DNA of 62,752 bases, counting the filler, from Rhabdomonas costata (taxonomy: Eukaryota), in the NCBI GenBank assembly GCA_019059605.1. It is 37 parts of 37 records of this genome, joined end to end, with 100 filler letters (N's around TTAATTAATTAA, not from the genome) between each part and the next. Parts side by side here need not be neighbours in the genome. Positions count along the whole stretch, not along the records: positions 50,962 to 52,559 come from JAHMHO010012290.1; positions 52,660 to 54,257 come from JAHMHO010012291.1; positions 54,358 to 55,955 come from JAHMHO010012292.1; positions 56,056 to 57,658 come from JAHMHO010012293.1; positions 57,759 to 59,356 come from JAHMHO010012294.1; positions 59,457 to 61,054 come from JAHMHO010012295.1; positions 61,155 to 62,752 come from JAHMHO010012296.1; 30 more parts are not named here. One strand, 5' to 3'. The notes beneath the pieces are model-generated. The model worked only from the letters and a program-made list of their open reading frames with translations. It made no database searches and was not told the origin of the DNA. Positions within the stretch are counted from its first letter, which is position 1. Each line of letters starts with the position of its first letter. The translations under genes and the position numbers were made by a program. Shown piece after piece: positions 51,273 to 62,752 of the stretch.

Positions 51273-52198
51273 GTCATGCAAGGGGACGGGCAGCTCTGGT
51301 TCGGCCATGCGGTGGGGCAGGGTGCTCTAGCTGTGGAGTGCCGCGCAGATGATGCAGCCACCCTGGCCCTTCTGCAGCCCCTGAACCACGAGGCCACGGT
51401 TTCCTTTCACAAAACTCATCATATTTGCCATCGCTGCGCTGTTCCACCCCGCATGCAGACAAGGGCGACAGTTCTGTTTTTTGGGAGCAAACTGACTTTA
51501 ACTCTGCAGCTGGATAGACTGCTCTGCGTCGCAGTCTTTTCCGGCTCTCTCTTGTGGTGTTTGTGTATGTGTGTACCCGCATCTGTGCCCTCTTTGCCGC
51601 ACCCAGGCAGCAATCGCATGCGTTTACGGAGTTCCTCCGGTAAGAAGAGGAAGAATCGAGGAGTCCATCGAAAAGACAAGAGGTCATTGAGCCACCGGAA
51701 GAATGCAGCAAAATCTATCGAATGAGAAAGCCCTGGAGACACCGAATAACACGGAGGTCTGTGGAAGCCCTGAGATCGGTAGATAGGGATTCGAATAGAT
51801 CCCTAAGCTCCGAGCCAGAAGAATTACGGTTGTCGCTCTCCGTGGTCAGAAAAAAATAACCTTTGGGGATCCTCGTGAGAAAAAGGCGAAAAGAGGCATC
51901 CGGACAGCTGGAGATTGACAGACTGTCGGTCAGCATATTGCAACCATAAAATTTGATATCGAGCAGAGGAACAGCTGATGGAAGATGGAACCTATCAATC
52001 GAGTGAGGGAGTTTCGGTGGGGGGTGGGGTGCTTTTTAATTCCAGGCGCAAGCCTGCGCCGCGGAGCGCATGCTGCTCCGGGTGCTGGAGGGGGGTTGCC
52101 ACGCCCCAGTGGCGGTGCAGGCTACCCTGGACCCGAGCTCCGCGCAGCTTACCCTGAAGGCCGCCGTCCTGTCGGTCGACGGACGGCAATGCATTCAG
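51273..52198 (+). CDS. hemC: Porphobilinogen deaminase (hydroxymethylbilane synthase), two exons (51273-51398, 52046-52198)
   Basis: AVGQGALAVECRADD...PLNHEAT|AQACAAERMLLRVLEGGCHAPVAV includes the dipyrromethane-binding Cys motif LEGGC. Confidence 0.96.
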
Positions 52199-53169
52199 GT
52201 CTGTGCATTTTGGTAGATTAACATTCAGGGCGATCATCCACATTTTGTCACTGTACAGCATCATTTAGCTGCACACACATACACACATTGGATGAGCCTC
52301 TCTTCTGGGTTCTGTTTGAATGTCTCGTTGAGTGGAACCTGGAACCAGATACCTTTTCACTCTGACGTTTGCCATTAGTGATTGGGGCAAAATACCCCGA
52401 ACCATCTGCACTTGCGACGTCTGAAAAGGAAAGTCGAAACGTGCGTTTGTACTTTTCTGTGTTACCATACAATTTTTTGAATGCAAAAGCCACCTTGGCA
52501 TTCTGCTTTATTACGAGCTAAGCCCCTTTCGTGTCCAGATCCCATACAACAACCCCCCCNNNNNNNNNNNNNNNNNNNNNNNNNNNNNNNNNNNNNNNNN
52601 NNNTTAATTAATTAANNNNNNNNNNNNNNNNNNNNNNNNNNNNNNNNNNNNNNNNNNNNGGGGTGGTTTTGGATCTTTCTTATTACTCCTCTGAGATTTC
52701 TGAACCAGTCCGGAACCGCTCCGCTCTGCATCATACTTCAACACCATTAATGAGCCCGCTCGTGCACTTTCTGGATTATGGGAACTCTGAGGCTCTGCCC
52801 CCTTCGTCACCCCCTTCTTCACGACTTGTTTCACGCTTGCCTTTGGAGTGGCACTCTGAATCTCCTCTGTGGCTGCCTCCGGTGTCACTCTGCGTGAGCT
52901 GTGGCTTCGGAGCTGCTCAACCTGATCAACTCTGGTTGATCTGAGCACGGGCTCTGTTGGTCTCTGCAAAATTCTTAGCGGAAATGTGCATGGAGCTCTC
53001 TGCACAACACTTGCGCTGGCTGGCGTCCTGACTGTGGACAAAGTGGGCATCTTTGGTGGGGCGGGAGCGGCCCTGCCTCCTGCCCCCACTAGTTTTACTG
53101 ATTTACAATCTTCTGAAATTCTCCAGCTGACCCCTTCGGCACACTTCTCTGTACCAACTCCGTCTTAGC

Positions 53170-53600
53170 CAATTTACAGTCCCTATAAAATTGGCTAGTA
53201 CTTCCACAATACATACACACTCTTGAGGGGACCTGCTGCTTAGCGTTCTCCAAACTTGAACTCGGAAAAGGTGAATGCTGCATGCTCCATGTGGAAGTGG
53301 TAGAATTGGAAATTCCCCAAACATCTTCAATTGCTCCAACCTCCAAACTATTTTGTAGTCACACGTTTGTGCACACAGCCACCTCTTCAACGTTTCTACA
53401 AAATCTTTCCAGTCTGTAAATACTTGACCTGTAGCAACAATTCCTCTGGAATGTGCAACAAAGGCGCCTGTGGCATAAATGATTGCAACTTGATCCGTAA
53501 GCGTGCGAAAGTCCTTCAGCTCTTCCACCGAAACAAGCCACGGTAGGAAATTAGATGGGTTTCAATCGTTCTTAGAGAACTGGAACTTTCTCCTGCAATT
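53170..53600 (-). mobile_element. Degenerate retrotransposon Gag-like remnant
   Basis: NFLPWLVSVEEL...FTDWKDFVETLKRWL...KIVWRLEQLK resembles the retrotransposon gag core. It is flanked by in-frame stops and has no introns. Confidence 0.45.
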
Positions 53601-54957
53601 TACGCAGTGCTCCAAGCGTCTCTGGAACTATGGAAGCTGGCGAACCTCATCCACATTCGACTGAGGGTCCATCCACCACTCTCCGCAGCAACTCCTGTGT
53701 AAGATTGTGTTTGGCCCGCTGCTGATGCTCCATGCTCTGAAAAAACGGTACCATGTGGGTTAGAAAAGTCCATCTGTGGTGCATGGGCTACGCTCGGCTT
53801 TGGAGGTGGCAGATTTCCTGACATCAAATAGGAACCCACCTCTGGAATTGGGCTGACCTCCACTCAGGGAGGGGGAAATGAGATGAACTCGAACCCTCTA
53901 AAATCAACCGTCCCATTGACTCGGTCGCCTGCTGCCGAACTCTGAAACATGACCGCACCATGTAGATGGTTATTCCATACAGGACCTTCTGACACTTCTG
54001 CTACCACATTCAAAGATGTTAGTGCGCCATCTGTTCAGGGAATATTCACCCTGTCGTTTTCAGTGAAACAGTGCAAATAGCCACAGTCACTAAATTGCAA
54101 GTTCTATTCTTTGTATCTTGTTTTAACGAGACAGATGAAACAACTTATCCTCAGCATATTATTAGTTAATTGGCAGCTCTGTTTTCCCTGTTTCGTTGCA
54201 AAATAACTAATAATATGCTGAGGATAAGTTGTTTCATCTGTCTCGTTAAAACAAACCNNNNNNNNNNNNNNNNNNNNNNNNNNNNNNNNNNNNNNNNNNN
54301 NTTAATTAATTAANNNNNNNNNNNNNNNNNNNNNNNNNNNNNNNNNNNNNNNNNNNNGGTCTGGAGTCATGCTCCTGCTCCTTCCTCTGATGCACGTGAT
54401 CGTCAGTTCATTCGGGTTTGTTCTCCCCTTTCTTTTGAATGGTTGTTTGAAGGAGCCAACACGAGATTCTTTTCCCTCCTCCTCAGTTTGCGCGCAAGGA
54501 GGCCGCTTTCTGCAAAGACAGGGAGAACTGGCTGAAGGAGAAGGAGGCTTTGCTGTCTGTGCACCACCAAGAGCTTGGGTGTCTTTTTTTTTCTCATTGG
54601 GCGCAGGGGCGCCTTTATTTGGCCTTGCTCCATGTTCATTCTTTTTTTTATCGTCTTGAGGGTGGTGGTGGGGAGGGTTCCAAAACTTATCCATTCTTCT
54701 GCTGCATCAATCTTCGGGTGGGGGTGGGGGTACACTTATGTTCACTTGTACGGGTGGAGAAATTGGCACTTATGGCTTGTGCTTGAGCCAGACTGGCCGG
54801 TTAGGGTCCATACGCTGCTTCCCAGCCTCCGCGCCTAGGTACGGCATCGTCGGTGATGCTTTGGTGTGGGTTTTGCCATGAAAAATCCAGTGAAAACCTG
54901 AACATTCCCCCAGCGCCTTCGGTGTTGGGTTTTTCCACTGCTTTTGTGGTCCTCCAG

Positions 54958-55420
54958 AGAGCGGGACGAGCGCGTGTACCAGCTGGAGCAGGCGCTCTCC
55001 CGCTACGAGTCGGAGCTCTCTGAGCGCAACGAGATCCAGCGGAGCTTGGCCACCTTGATGTCCCGCGCAAACAACTTGTTGGTACCAGCCGTTTTCCCTC
55101 ACCCGTCTCCTGCCATCCCCTTGTTCCTGCGGGTTGGTTTCCCGCCCACATCAGTTCAGCCTTCCTGGGGACATACACGCTCACTTTCGCACTTGCAACA
55201 GGGTCCGAACAGCACCCCGGTGCCTCAGCCCCATCAGCCTGCTCGCTCCGGGACTCCGGGGCGCCGCCCTCACTGCACTGCCTCCAGCGGGGCGTCATCC
55301 GCCCGGAGCATCGCCGTGTGCAGCACCGCAGGCTCCAGCCAGGGCTCCTCCCCCGTTCTGGACCTGTTTGAAGTGGAGTGTGCCAACAAGGAGAACGCTT
55401 CGCCTCTTGCCCACGTCTAA
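54958..55420 (+). CDS. Terminal exon(s) of a coiled-coil protein
   Basis: cctccag acceptor; ERDERVYQLEQALSRYESELSERNEIQRSLATL; stop at 55418-55420; possible intron 55082-55201. Confidence 0.65.
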
Positions 55421-56055
55421 GGCTCGCCTATCCCCCCACTCCCTCTCTCACAGTCTTTCTTCCACTCATCTGTAGTGATTAGACGTTGAAGCATAGAAGC
55501 AAAAGCAGAGGATGTGTGATGTGAGACGAGGTTAGAAAAGACCAGCTTCCGCTTCTGGGTCGCCTTCTCGGTGCGCTGCGAGGCATTGTCTGCAGTCCAC
55601 GTGCTCGCCTTCACTCCCTACTCTCCTTGTTTCTTAAACGCCCCGCAGTCTCAGTCACTCTGTTTCTGTGAGATGATGTGGCCGGGAGGCGACTGTGGTA
55701 TTGCTTGAGAGGGTGAGGAAACTGTTGTTTCGTCTCTCCTCTCTCCCTCAGAGAGTTCCGCCTTCTGTTCAGAGATATTTCAGCCGGTGCAGAGTGGAAT
55801 GGGCTTAAACAGAATTCTTTATGCGCCAGGATATGGTTCCCTGCGGCACAGTCAAGTAACCTGCTCAAAATGACTTTTGGACAAAGGCGCGCGGTGTATA
55901 TGTGCATGTGCGGGAGAGAGGAGAGACGAAACAACAGTTTCCTCACCCCCACAACNNNNNNNNNNNNNNNNNNNNNNNNNNNNNNNNNNNNNNNNNNNNT
56001 TAATTAATTAANNNNNNNNNNNNNNNNNNNNNNNNNNNNNNNNNNNNNNNNNNNN

Positions 56056-57658
56056 CCCCACGAAACGCAGTGAGTGGGGATTGGAGGCATTCGAGGACCC
56101 GAGAATGCCGACAGTAGGAATAGAGGTGAGGGAGCGTACCGCATGCGGGGAGCGACCGAACAACGCATGTAGGAGGCATGAGCGAAGCGTAGCGGAGCGA
56201 ATGCCGACATCAACTCTTCAACTCAACCATCCCTTCGTCGTCACTTCCCCGCTACCACGGGTCGTTCCTCCTCACTTCCTTCTCTATTCCATCGTCGTGA
56301 TGCTCCGTCCCTCGCATCACTCCTCTTCCTCTACGTTCCCTCCACCGGCATAAGCACGGTTACGGTCACCATCAGCTATACGTGTCACTACGCACTCTCA
56401 CGTCCTATCGAGTGCTCCGTCCGGGCGTAGCCACAGTGGAAGACATCCGGGGTAGGTTTCGGGTTCAGAGGTTGGGTTCCCTCTCCCTACTGCAGTGGTC
56501 TCAGCATCAGCATCAGCATCGAAGCATCCTTCTGACACCCTGACTTCCCTTTGCGTAGGGTTACCGTTACACCTTCTGCGTACGGTATGGCATCAACCCA
56601 CTGTAGCAACACGTACACCCTCTACTTTGCCACCATAGCGTAGGAGTGCAGCATCACCACAAGGTAGCTCCATCATCCCTGCTACGGGTGACTTCCTTGC
56701 TACCACCAACATCCGATGCGTAGGTTGGCTGGATCGGTATAGCATCCCCATTGCTGGTTCGCTGACGTCACCACCACCATCAGTGTAGGGAAGGTGCATC
56801 GTGTCATCCTTACCACTACCTGGCATCATCACGTGTGGACTGGTTCTTGCACCGTTACAGTCAGCGTAGCACTAACGTAAGGGCATATACCAATACCATC
56901 ATCGCTGGATGTGGCTGGGTTGAGCCTTGGCCTGACCTTCTAGCTTCCTCCGGAGGGGTTTACCGGTCATATCCGTGTCGTGGACTAAGCGTCTCCTGAC
57001 CATGGCCTACTCACACATATGGTATATACCCATAGTGCTACTAGGGTGCATGTGTCAACCAGTGGTAGTTTATAGCCATCGACCACTGGCGCTATCATGG
57101 AGTACTGTCACCATAGGACTGGATACCTACTTAGACGCATACCCTCACGAAACAGCTCAACTGACACCATGGGCCCGTCCCACTTAGTCGCATCTCACTG
57201 CTTATCGCTGTTGTATCGTATGTTAGACAGTGCGTTCATCAATCGTTGCCGCATGTGCGTGGGGGCGTCTGAAATGCCAGCCTGCCAGTTCCATTCGCAT
57301 GCATGGGTCGTTGTTCATCATCAGCTGTCATTGCTCACGGCTAGTTTCGTCCTTCGGTGGTTTACGCTTTCCTAATTCCCACCTTTGTTTTGCCTCCCGC
57401 AGGGCTCCCTTCCTCAAAAACCGCTCTCCGAAGAGAGAAGCAAGAACCCGAACCCCAAGACCGAAACCCGAAGGCAGAATACGCGAAACACTAACCCCTC
57501 GACTCGGAGACACGCATGAACCCGAAGACCTAAATCCGAAAACCAAGAACGCAAAAACCGCCCGGGGGTGCAGGTAGAGGTGGACCTAAAAAGATGTATC
57601 CTCCCGGCGCCAGACATAAATAACGACACGGAAATTCAAAAGACCACCCCTGAGGTAA
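56056..57658. repeat. Whole contig of the uncharacterised non-coding element (related to 2460-3300)
   Basis: No exon-like coding blocks, conserved blocks shared with contig 2, and a hairpin cluster at 56056-56209. Confidence 0.7.
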
Positions 57659-60600
57659 NNNNNNNNNNNNNNNNNNNNNNNNNNNNNNNNNNNNNNNNNN
57701 NNTTAATTAATTAANNNNNNNNNNNNNNNNNNNNNNNNNNNNNNNNNNNNNNNNNNNNGGGTGGGGGTTTTTGGTACCAGTGTAAGGTCTCGACCTTCGG
57801 AATGAGATTAAAAAGCCGTCGGTCAGTGAAGTTGTATACGGGGAAGAATAAGGTAGAGAAGGCCGATCCGGAGATTGTGGGGCAAAAGCCCGGACGAGGC
57901 AGCGAGAGAAGGACAATGTGGGAGGAGATTCCAAGGGAAGCAGCAGCAGAACAGTCAACAGCAGCACTGTGGCAGAACAGAAGTTCGGAAAGGAGAAAAA
58001 ACCAAAGAAAAGAGGATAAGAGTTGCATTGAAAAGAAGTTTTTGCACAAGAGAGTTGCACTGATAACAGAAGAATTCGGGAAAGACCGAGGATTACGACA
58101 AGAATGTCGCAAATGGCGGAATTCAGTTAAAGTGAACTTCTTCAAAAAAAAAAGAAAATTGACTGGATTGAAGGGTGCTGTTTGCGGCTTCTTTGGAACA
58201 GTTTTTAGGTCAGAGTTGTCCTTTTGTTGGATTAATGTTCTGCGACAGACAAAAGAGGATGATAACAGGCTGAACAAATGGTTGGTTTTTGATTTACTTT
58301 GCTCGTGCTTCTTTTGGTTGTAGGTTGTAATTAGATTGCAAGGGAGAAGCGTGGAGGCTAAAGAGCCTGAACAGAACCCAGAGGGAGGTAGAGGGAGGTG
58401 GTTTTAGCTGTTGCAGTTGTGGTTGTGAACGCTGCTGTGCGTCCATTGTTGCTGCATAAGTGCTGCGTAAGTCACATCCAGCTTGAATGGAGGATATAGG
58501 CAGAAGGGGTAGATAGAGTCGCACAGCCGTCACCGTGAATAAGCAGAGCCGAGGCCGCAAGCCCGCAGAAGTCAAGTTACCAGGTTCCCACTTGCAAAGC
58601 TACTAACCAATTCGACTTCTTTTGGTTTGCAGAGTGACACTGAGGTAGTCAAAAAGCCGATCTAAAATGATAGAGATTGCCTCGCCTCACCCAATTTACA
58701 AAACGCACCCAAGCATACGAGGAAAGACCAAAAAGCCTTGCACGTCTCCCCCAGTTGCAGCAGCAGACATGACACTTACACACCTGACCGAGGGAGACAT
58801 CAGGTTCCCTCGCACGCAGGACTTCCAGCGCAAGTCGAAGCCGTACCGGTCGTAAGAAAGCCACGCTCTTGTGGACACCAAAGGTAAGCCGGGACAGCGC
58901 CAACTTCGGGGCACGGCTGTTTAACACCGATCCCAGTGGAACCAAAGGCAGACGCCTGGTTACACGTAAGTGGTGGTGTTTCAAGCCAGTTACACACACG
59001 CCAAAAAGTGCCATGAGTGCGGTTTCCAAACATTGCTTTCAACCACCTGAATGCCGGTCCCAAAAGAAATGGACACCACTTGCCCTATTGGCATTTTCAA
59101 GCTCATATTCTGGAACCTTGTTTCCCCCTCCATACTGGCTTTTGCCTAAAAACCTTTACCGATTCCGGTCACTGTCTTTCAAATCCCAAAACAATAGCGT
59201 CTGAATGTACAAAAGAGCTACTTAAAACGATACGTACGTGGTTTTGCGCTTTGTAAATGACGAAAAATCGATGGAGTGGAGAGGAGAGCAAATGTGCATT
59301 AAAATTTGAGGAAATATTTACAACAATTTGTTGGAATAAGTTTCAGGTGTTTTGTGNNNNNNNNNNNNNNNNNNNNNNNNNNNNNNNNNNNNNNNNNNNN
59401 TTAATTAATTAANNNNNNNNNNNNNNNNNNNNNNNNNNNNNNNNNNNNNNNNNNNNGGTTTTGTTTCCTGGATGCACTTTTATCTATGGTACACATCCAC
59501 AAGGAGTATACACGGAACCAACACATCCGTGGGAAAGGAAACCCGAACAGTTGCGCTGGCCCGAATGGAAAGAATTACAAGCTCCTGAAGCTGCAGTGAA
59601 CCCCCTCGGCACGCCGTCGTGGACAGAAAGGAACGAACGGAAAAGGCAAACCACGCACATACGGATCAGAAGAAGCGCGTTCGAAGGGGTGGAGACCCAA
59701 CAACTTCAAAAACTCTACAGTACAGGTGTCTATCTGTGTGTAGGCGTATGTGTGTCGCAAGAGGCCCCGATCGAAAGCATGCAACAACAAGAAAAAAGGG
59801 ACATGACGCACTCCGGACATGCAGAAATCAAATGAAACAAAGAAGAAACATCCTGGAGGAGGGAGGGGGAAGGACTAACCCCATGATGTACAGAAAAAAG
59901 TCTTTGGTTGGGGTAGTGGTTCTGGGGTCCGAAGGGTGGGCGTGTGTTCAGTTAAGTAATGATAGATCAGCCACCGTAACCGTCAGGGAAAGGTGTGCGA
60001 CATGGCGGCAGAGGCTGGAAAGGGTCCTCGTTCAGCATTCCCTCACCCTTTGAGTGGAAGTATGGAGCGAAACAAGGGCCGGGGCAATTCACCCCAGAAC
60101 CATCATCAACCAACCCCAATGTGAATTGCGGCTGCGTCCAACTTTCCTGCTTGTCTCTACCGGGCTCAGCTCGATCCCCGGCTGCTCCAAAGCTTTGCGT
60201 CTGGCCCACCTCTGTGCTCAGTTCCGTGTCACGTGGTTCTTATTTGTTTTCTGCTCCCAAGGGTTGCGAACATTGCAGGTGTCGCGGCATCGGGCACACG
60301 CATGCATTCGTCACGAAAGAATGACCGAATCCACCCGATTCCGGATGCACAGCGACCAGACCCAGATATTTGTAAGCGATGAGTGCGAGTTACAGGGTGA
60401 ACAACTTTTGGTACGACCCCACCGTACCATGGTGTGGATGTATGAATGCTGATCGGTCCACTTGGTCTCAACACGACGTTGCGCTATTGAGTTTCAAATC
60501 TCTCTGAATCAAAATCTGCACGCAAAGGCAGACAACCACAGGCGAACACTCACCAGAACACCAGAACACCGGTGGTTTTCCGCTGGAGTGGAAAATCCGT

Positions 60601-61777
60601 TTAACAGCCGCTGAAGATCAAAAATTGAGGAATGCCACCTTCTTTTAAAAATAGGAGGCACGGGACCGAAATCTAAAAAGTACCTCAGGCCCGGGAAACA
60701 GCCTCCGGGGATTCATCCGCGTCCACGGCAGCAGCGCACTCGTCAAGGAATGCTTTTCAATATTAGCCCGTGGTGGTACTTCGCTCCGACCCTGAAGAAA
60801 CAACAGGATCCCCAGGATCCTTCCGCCCTATTTCCAGGTGGAAAAAACACCCTAGTCAGGGAGAGGAGCTCAGGCACTTCCCAACTTTTTGGAGGGAGCG
60901 AAAGTTTCCCAAAAGTTAAGCAGCTGCGGTCGATCACGGAAATCTGCATCCACTTTTGAGGGGTCAGCATCTCACAATGCAGCTGTATCCACTTCTTTTT
61001 TTGTTAATCGCATTTGTGGGCGGCACCAAATCTATCCCCCCTCCCCACACACAANNNNNNNNNNNNNNNNNNNNNNNNNNNNNNNNNNNNNNNNNNNNTT
61101 AATTAATTAANNNNNNNNNNNNNNNNNNNNNNNNNNNNNNNNNNNNNNNNNNNNGGGGTTTGTGGTAAATGATTTGTCGAGAAGAATTGTTTTACGTGTG
61201 TGTATCTCCCTGTGGAGCACGTTGCGGTCAATGAGACGAATTAATCTTTCATGTTGCAAATTATTGCACTAAGATCTGGTCAAATTGGGAAGCAATGGAC
61301 AAGGTGGGGTGGGGTGGTAACGCTCAGTACCGCACAAAAAACAGACAGGATGACAGGATGTGTTGATTTTTAGCGGTGAGCACGCTGCGTGGATTTCTAT
61401 TTTCGCACGAGGGCTCAACTAATTTTTTTAGTTTAATTTAGTTTCATTTAACTCAACATAATATAACATAGTTAAGTTTCTATTCATATCTTTATTCCTT
61501 TTGCTCTTTTGTTATTGTTGTTGTGGCATGAGGTCGATTCTGAAGTTGGCGGCATCTGCTCTTGTTCTCGTCTGGAAGTGGGGCCGCGCCAGCACGGGCA
61601 TTGCCATATTCATCAAGTTCTGTAACTGGAACTCTCCGCACTCTGTCTGGTCTACACGCATCTGCACATCTACACATATCACGCCCTGGTGGCTTTTGGG
61701 GGCCTTTTGAGCCCTTTTTTTTTCGCTTCGTAAGTCTCCTCTGTCACCGCGATAACGTGTACTCTGCCCTCGTCGCT

Positions 61778-62752
61778 GCCCTCGGGATATTCCTACGCGG
61801 GCAGCGGGTGTGGCCCGGGGTACGTCAGTGCCTCGAGGTGTGCAGGACTGTCCTGTGCCTCGGGCTATTCCGGCAGCGCGTCTGTAAGTTGTGGCTCTCA
61901 CGATGGAACCTTCATCCTCTCGGGCTGCTCCGGTGTGTGAGTTTCTGTTTGTGTTCACCTTCATCCCTTTAAGCGCCACACAAGTGCTTCCGGTTGGTAG
62001 CTCTCACTCCAGTGTGGGCGCAAGTGCACTATGCGGCTTTCGTTTTCTACGCTACTGCTCGCCTGTTTCGAAACCCTATCCCTCCTCCGCGTTACCTGCA
62101 ATCCTCCTCGGGGAGGGGGGGGGGCGAGACGTTCCGGTCACCCGCAGGGAATTTTCTTTTCTCAAAGGCTGGGGGTCCACTTGTTACAGTATGCTTTAAT
62201 TCTAAACATTTCGTTGACCCCGCCCACGTTTCTTGACACACATTCTCTTACTCAGTTTCCTGCAGCATGTCCACGTGGGCGAACCAGAACAGCGCGTCAT
62301 TTTACCAGACCTCAGTGAGCATGTCTGGCTACCAGTGCACGGGCACGCTGGACTTCTCGTACTTCTCCTCCGCCACCTACATTACGATCTCCTCGGCAAC
62401 CTTCGGAAGCACTCTAAACATCGTAAACCTTCCCAGCTCCCTGACAACGCTGCAGCTCTCCAGCTCCACGTTTGGCTCGGGTCTCACCATCAGCTCCCTG
62501 CCCAGCTCGCTCCAGAGCTTCACCTTCTCAGGCAATACAATCCAAGGGTCGCTTAGCCTGAGCCTTCCCAGCTCCCTGACGTACCTGAATCTCTCTGCTT
62601 GCACTATTTCCGGGAATCTGCGCCTCACGAACTTGCCCACCTCGGCAGTGGTCTCCTCAGTGAAGTTTACGGGAACCATCACCTCCACCGCTCGCTCGCT
62701 CCGCTCCAGCTCCAAAGTCTTCAAGATTCAGCAAACCACCACAACCACACAA
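61778..62752 (+). CDS. Surface protein with a Cys-rich module exon (~61778-61932) and a leucine-rich-repeat exon (62266-end)
   Basis: PSGYSYAGSGCGPGY...SCASGYSGSASVSC...FILSGCS, then LPSSLTTLQLS / LPSSLQSFTFSGNTIQG / LPSSLTYLNLSACTISGNL repeats. The LRR frame is missing from the ORF track because it has no stop inside the window. Confidence 0.85.

Noticed and set aside
54119-54253. ~45-bp inverted repeat near the gag remnant (TIR or LTR end?)
   Set aside because: Terminal fold-back with identical arms.
56056-57400. Possible rRNA or mitochondrial gene fragment
   Set aside because: I recognised no universal rRNA motif or respiratory-protein motif on either strand.
1601-61154. Regularly spaced TTAATTAATTAA repeats, superficially array-like
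   Set aside because: They are N-padded six-frame-stop linkers added when contigs were concatenated. They are not CRISPR repeats, and neighbouring contigs are not linked.
62377-62724. 115-aa minus-strand ORF, and many similar short ORFs in the track
   Set aside because: It is the antisense shadow of the plus-strand LRR exon. Most short ORFs in the track are shadows of exons or intronic noise.

Overview
This window is not one locus. It is a pseudo-scaffold of 37 unrelated contigs of about 1.6 kb, joined by 36 artificial 100-nt spacers (N44-TTAATTAATTAA-N44, which puts stops in all six frames). Many contig ends carry G/T-rich 5' and C/A-rich 3' stubs, and several fold back on themselves, which points to whole-genome amplification. 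Most contigs are fragments of an intron-rich protist nuclear genome with GC-rich exons and mostly GT-AG introns. The gene types loosely suggest a euglenozoan or euglenid, but that is inference. Recognisable exon sets: Piwi/Argonaute PAZ domain, APC amino-acid permease, IP3-receptor-like channel, midasin, ankyrin protein, PARP, formin FH2, MaoC-like dehydratase, XRN-like exonuclease, exportin-T, porphobilinogen deaminase, IPT/TIG proteins and an LRR surface protein. Three things stand out. (1) An AT-rich, intronless contig (40774-42372) encodes a Polinton-like-virus/virophage-type minor capsid (penton) protein and a divergent fibre-like protein, with a shared TCTW...ATATA-ATG upstream motif and a 3' hairpin. 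(2) An intronless ADP-ribosyltransferase+TPR module starts to repeat in frame after 446 codons (39076-40664). (3) A non-coding element with colinear conserved blocks occurs in two unrelated contigs (~2636-3015 and ~57150-57645) and resembles a minicircle or control-region core. All family calls come from motif recognition by eye; no database searches were run.
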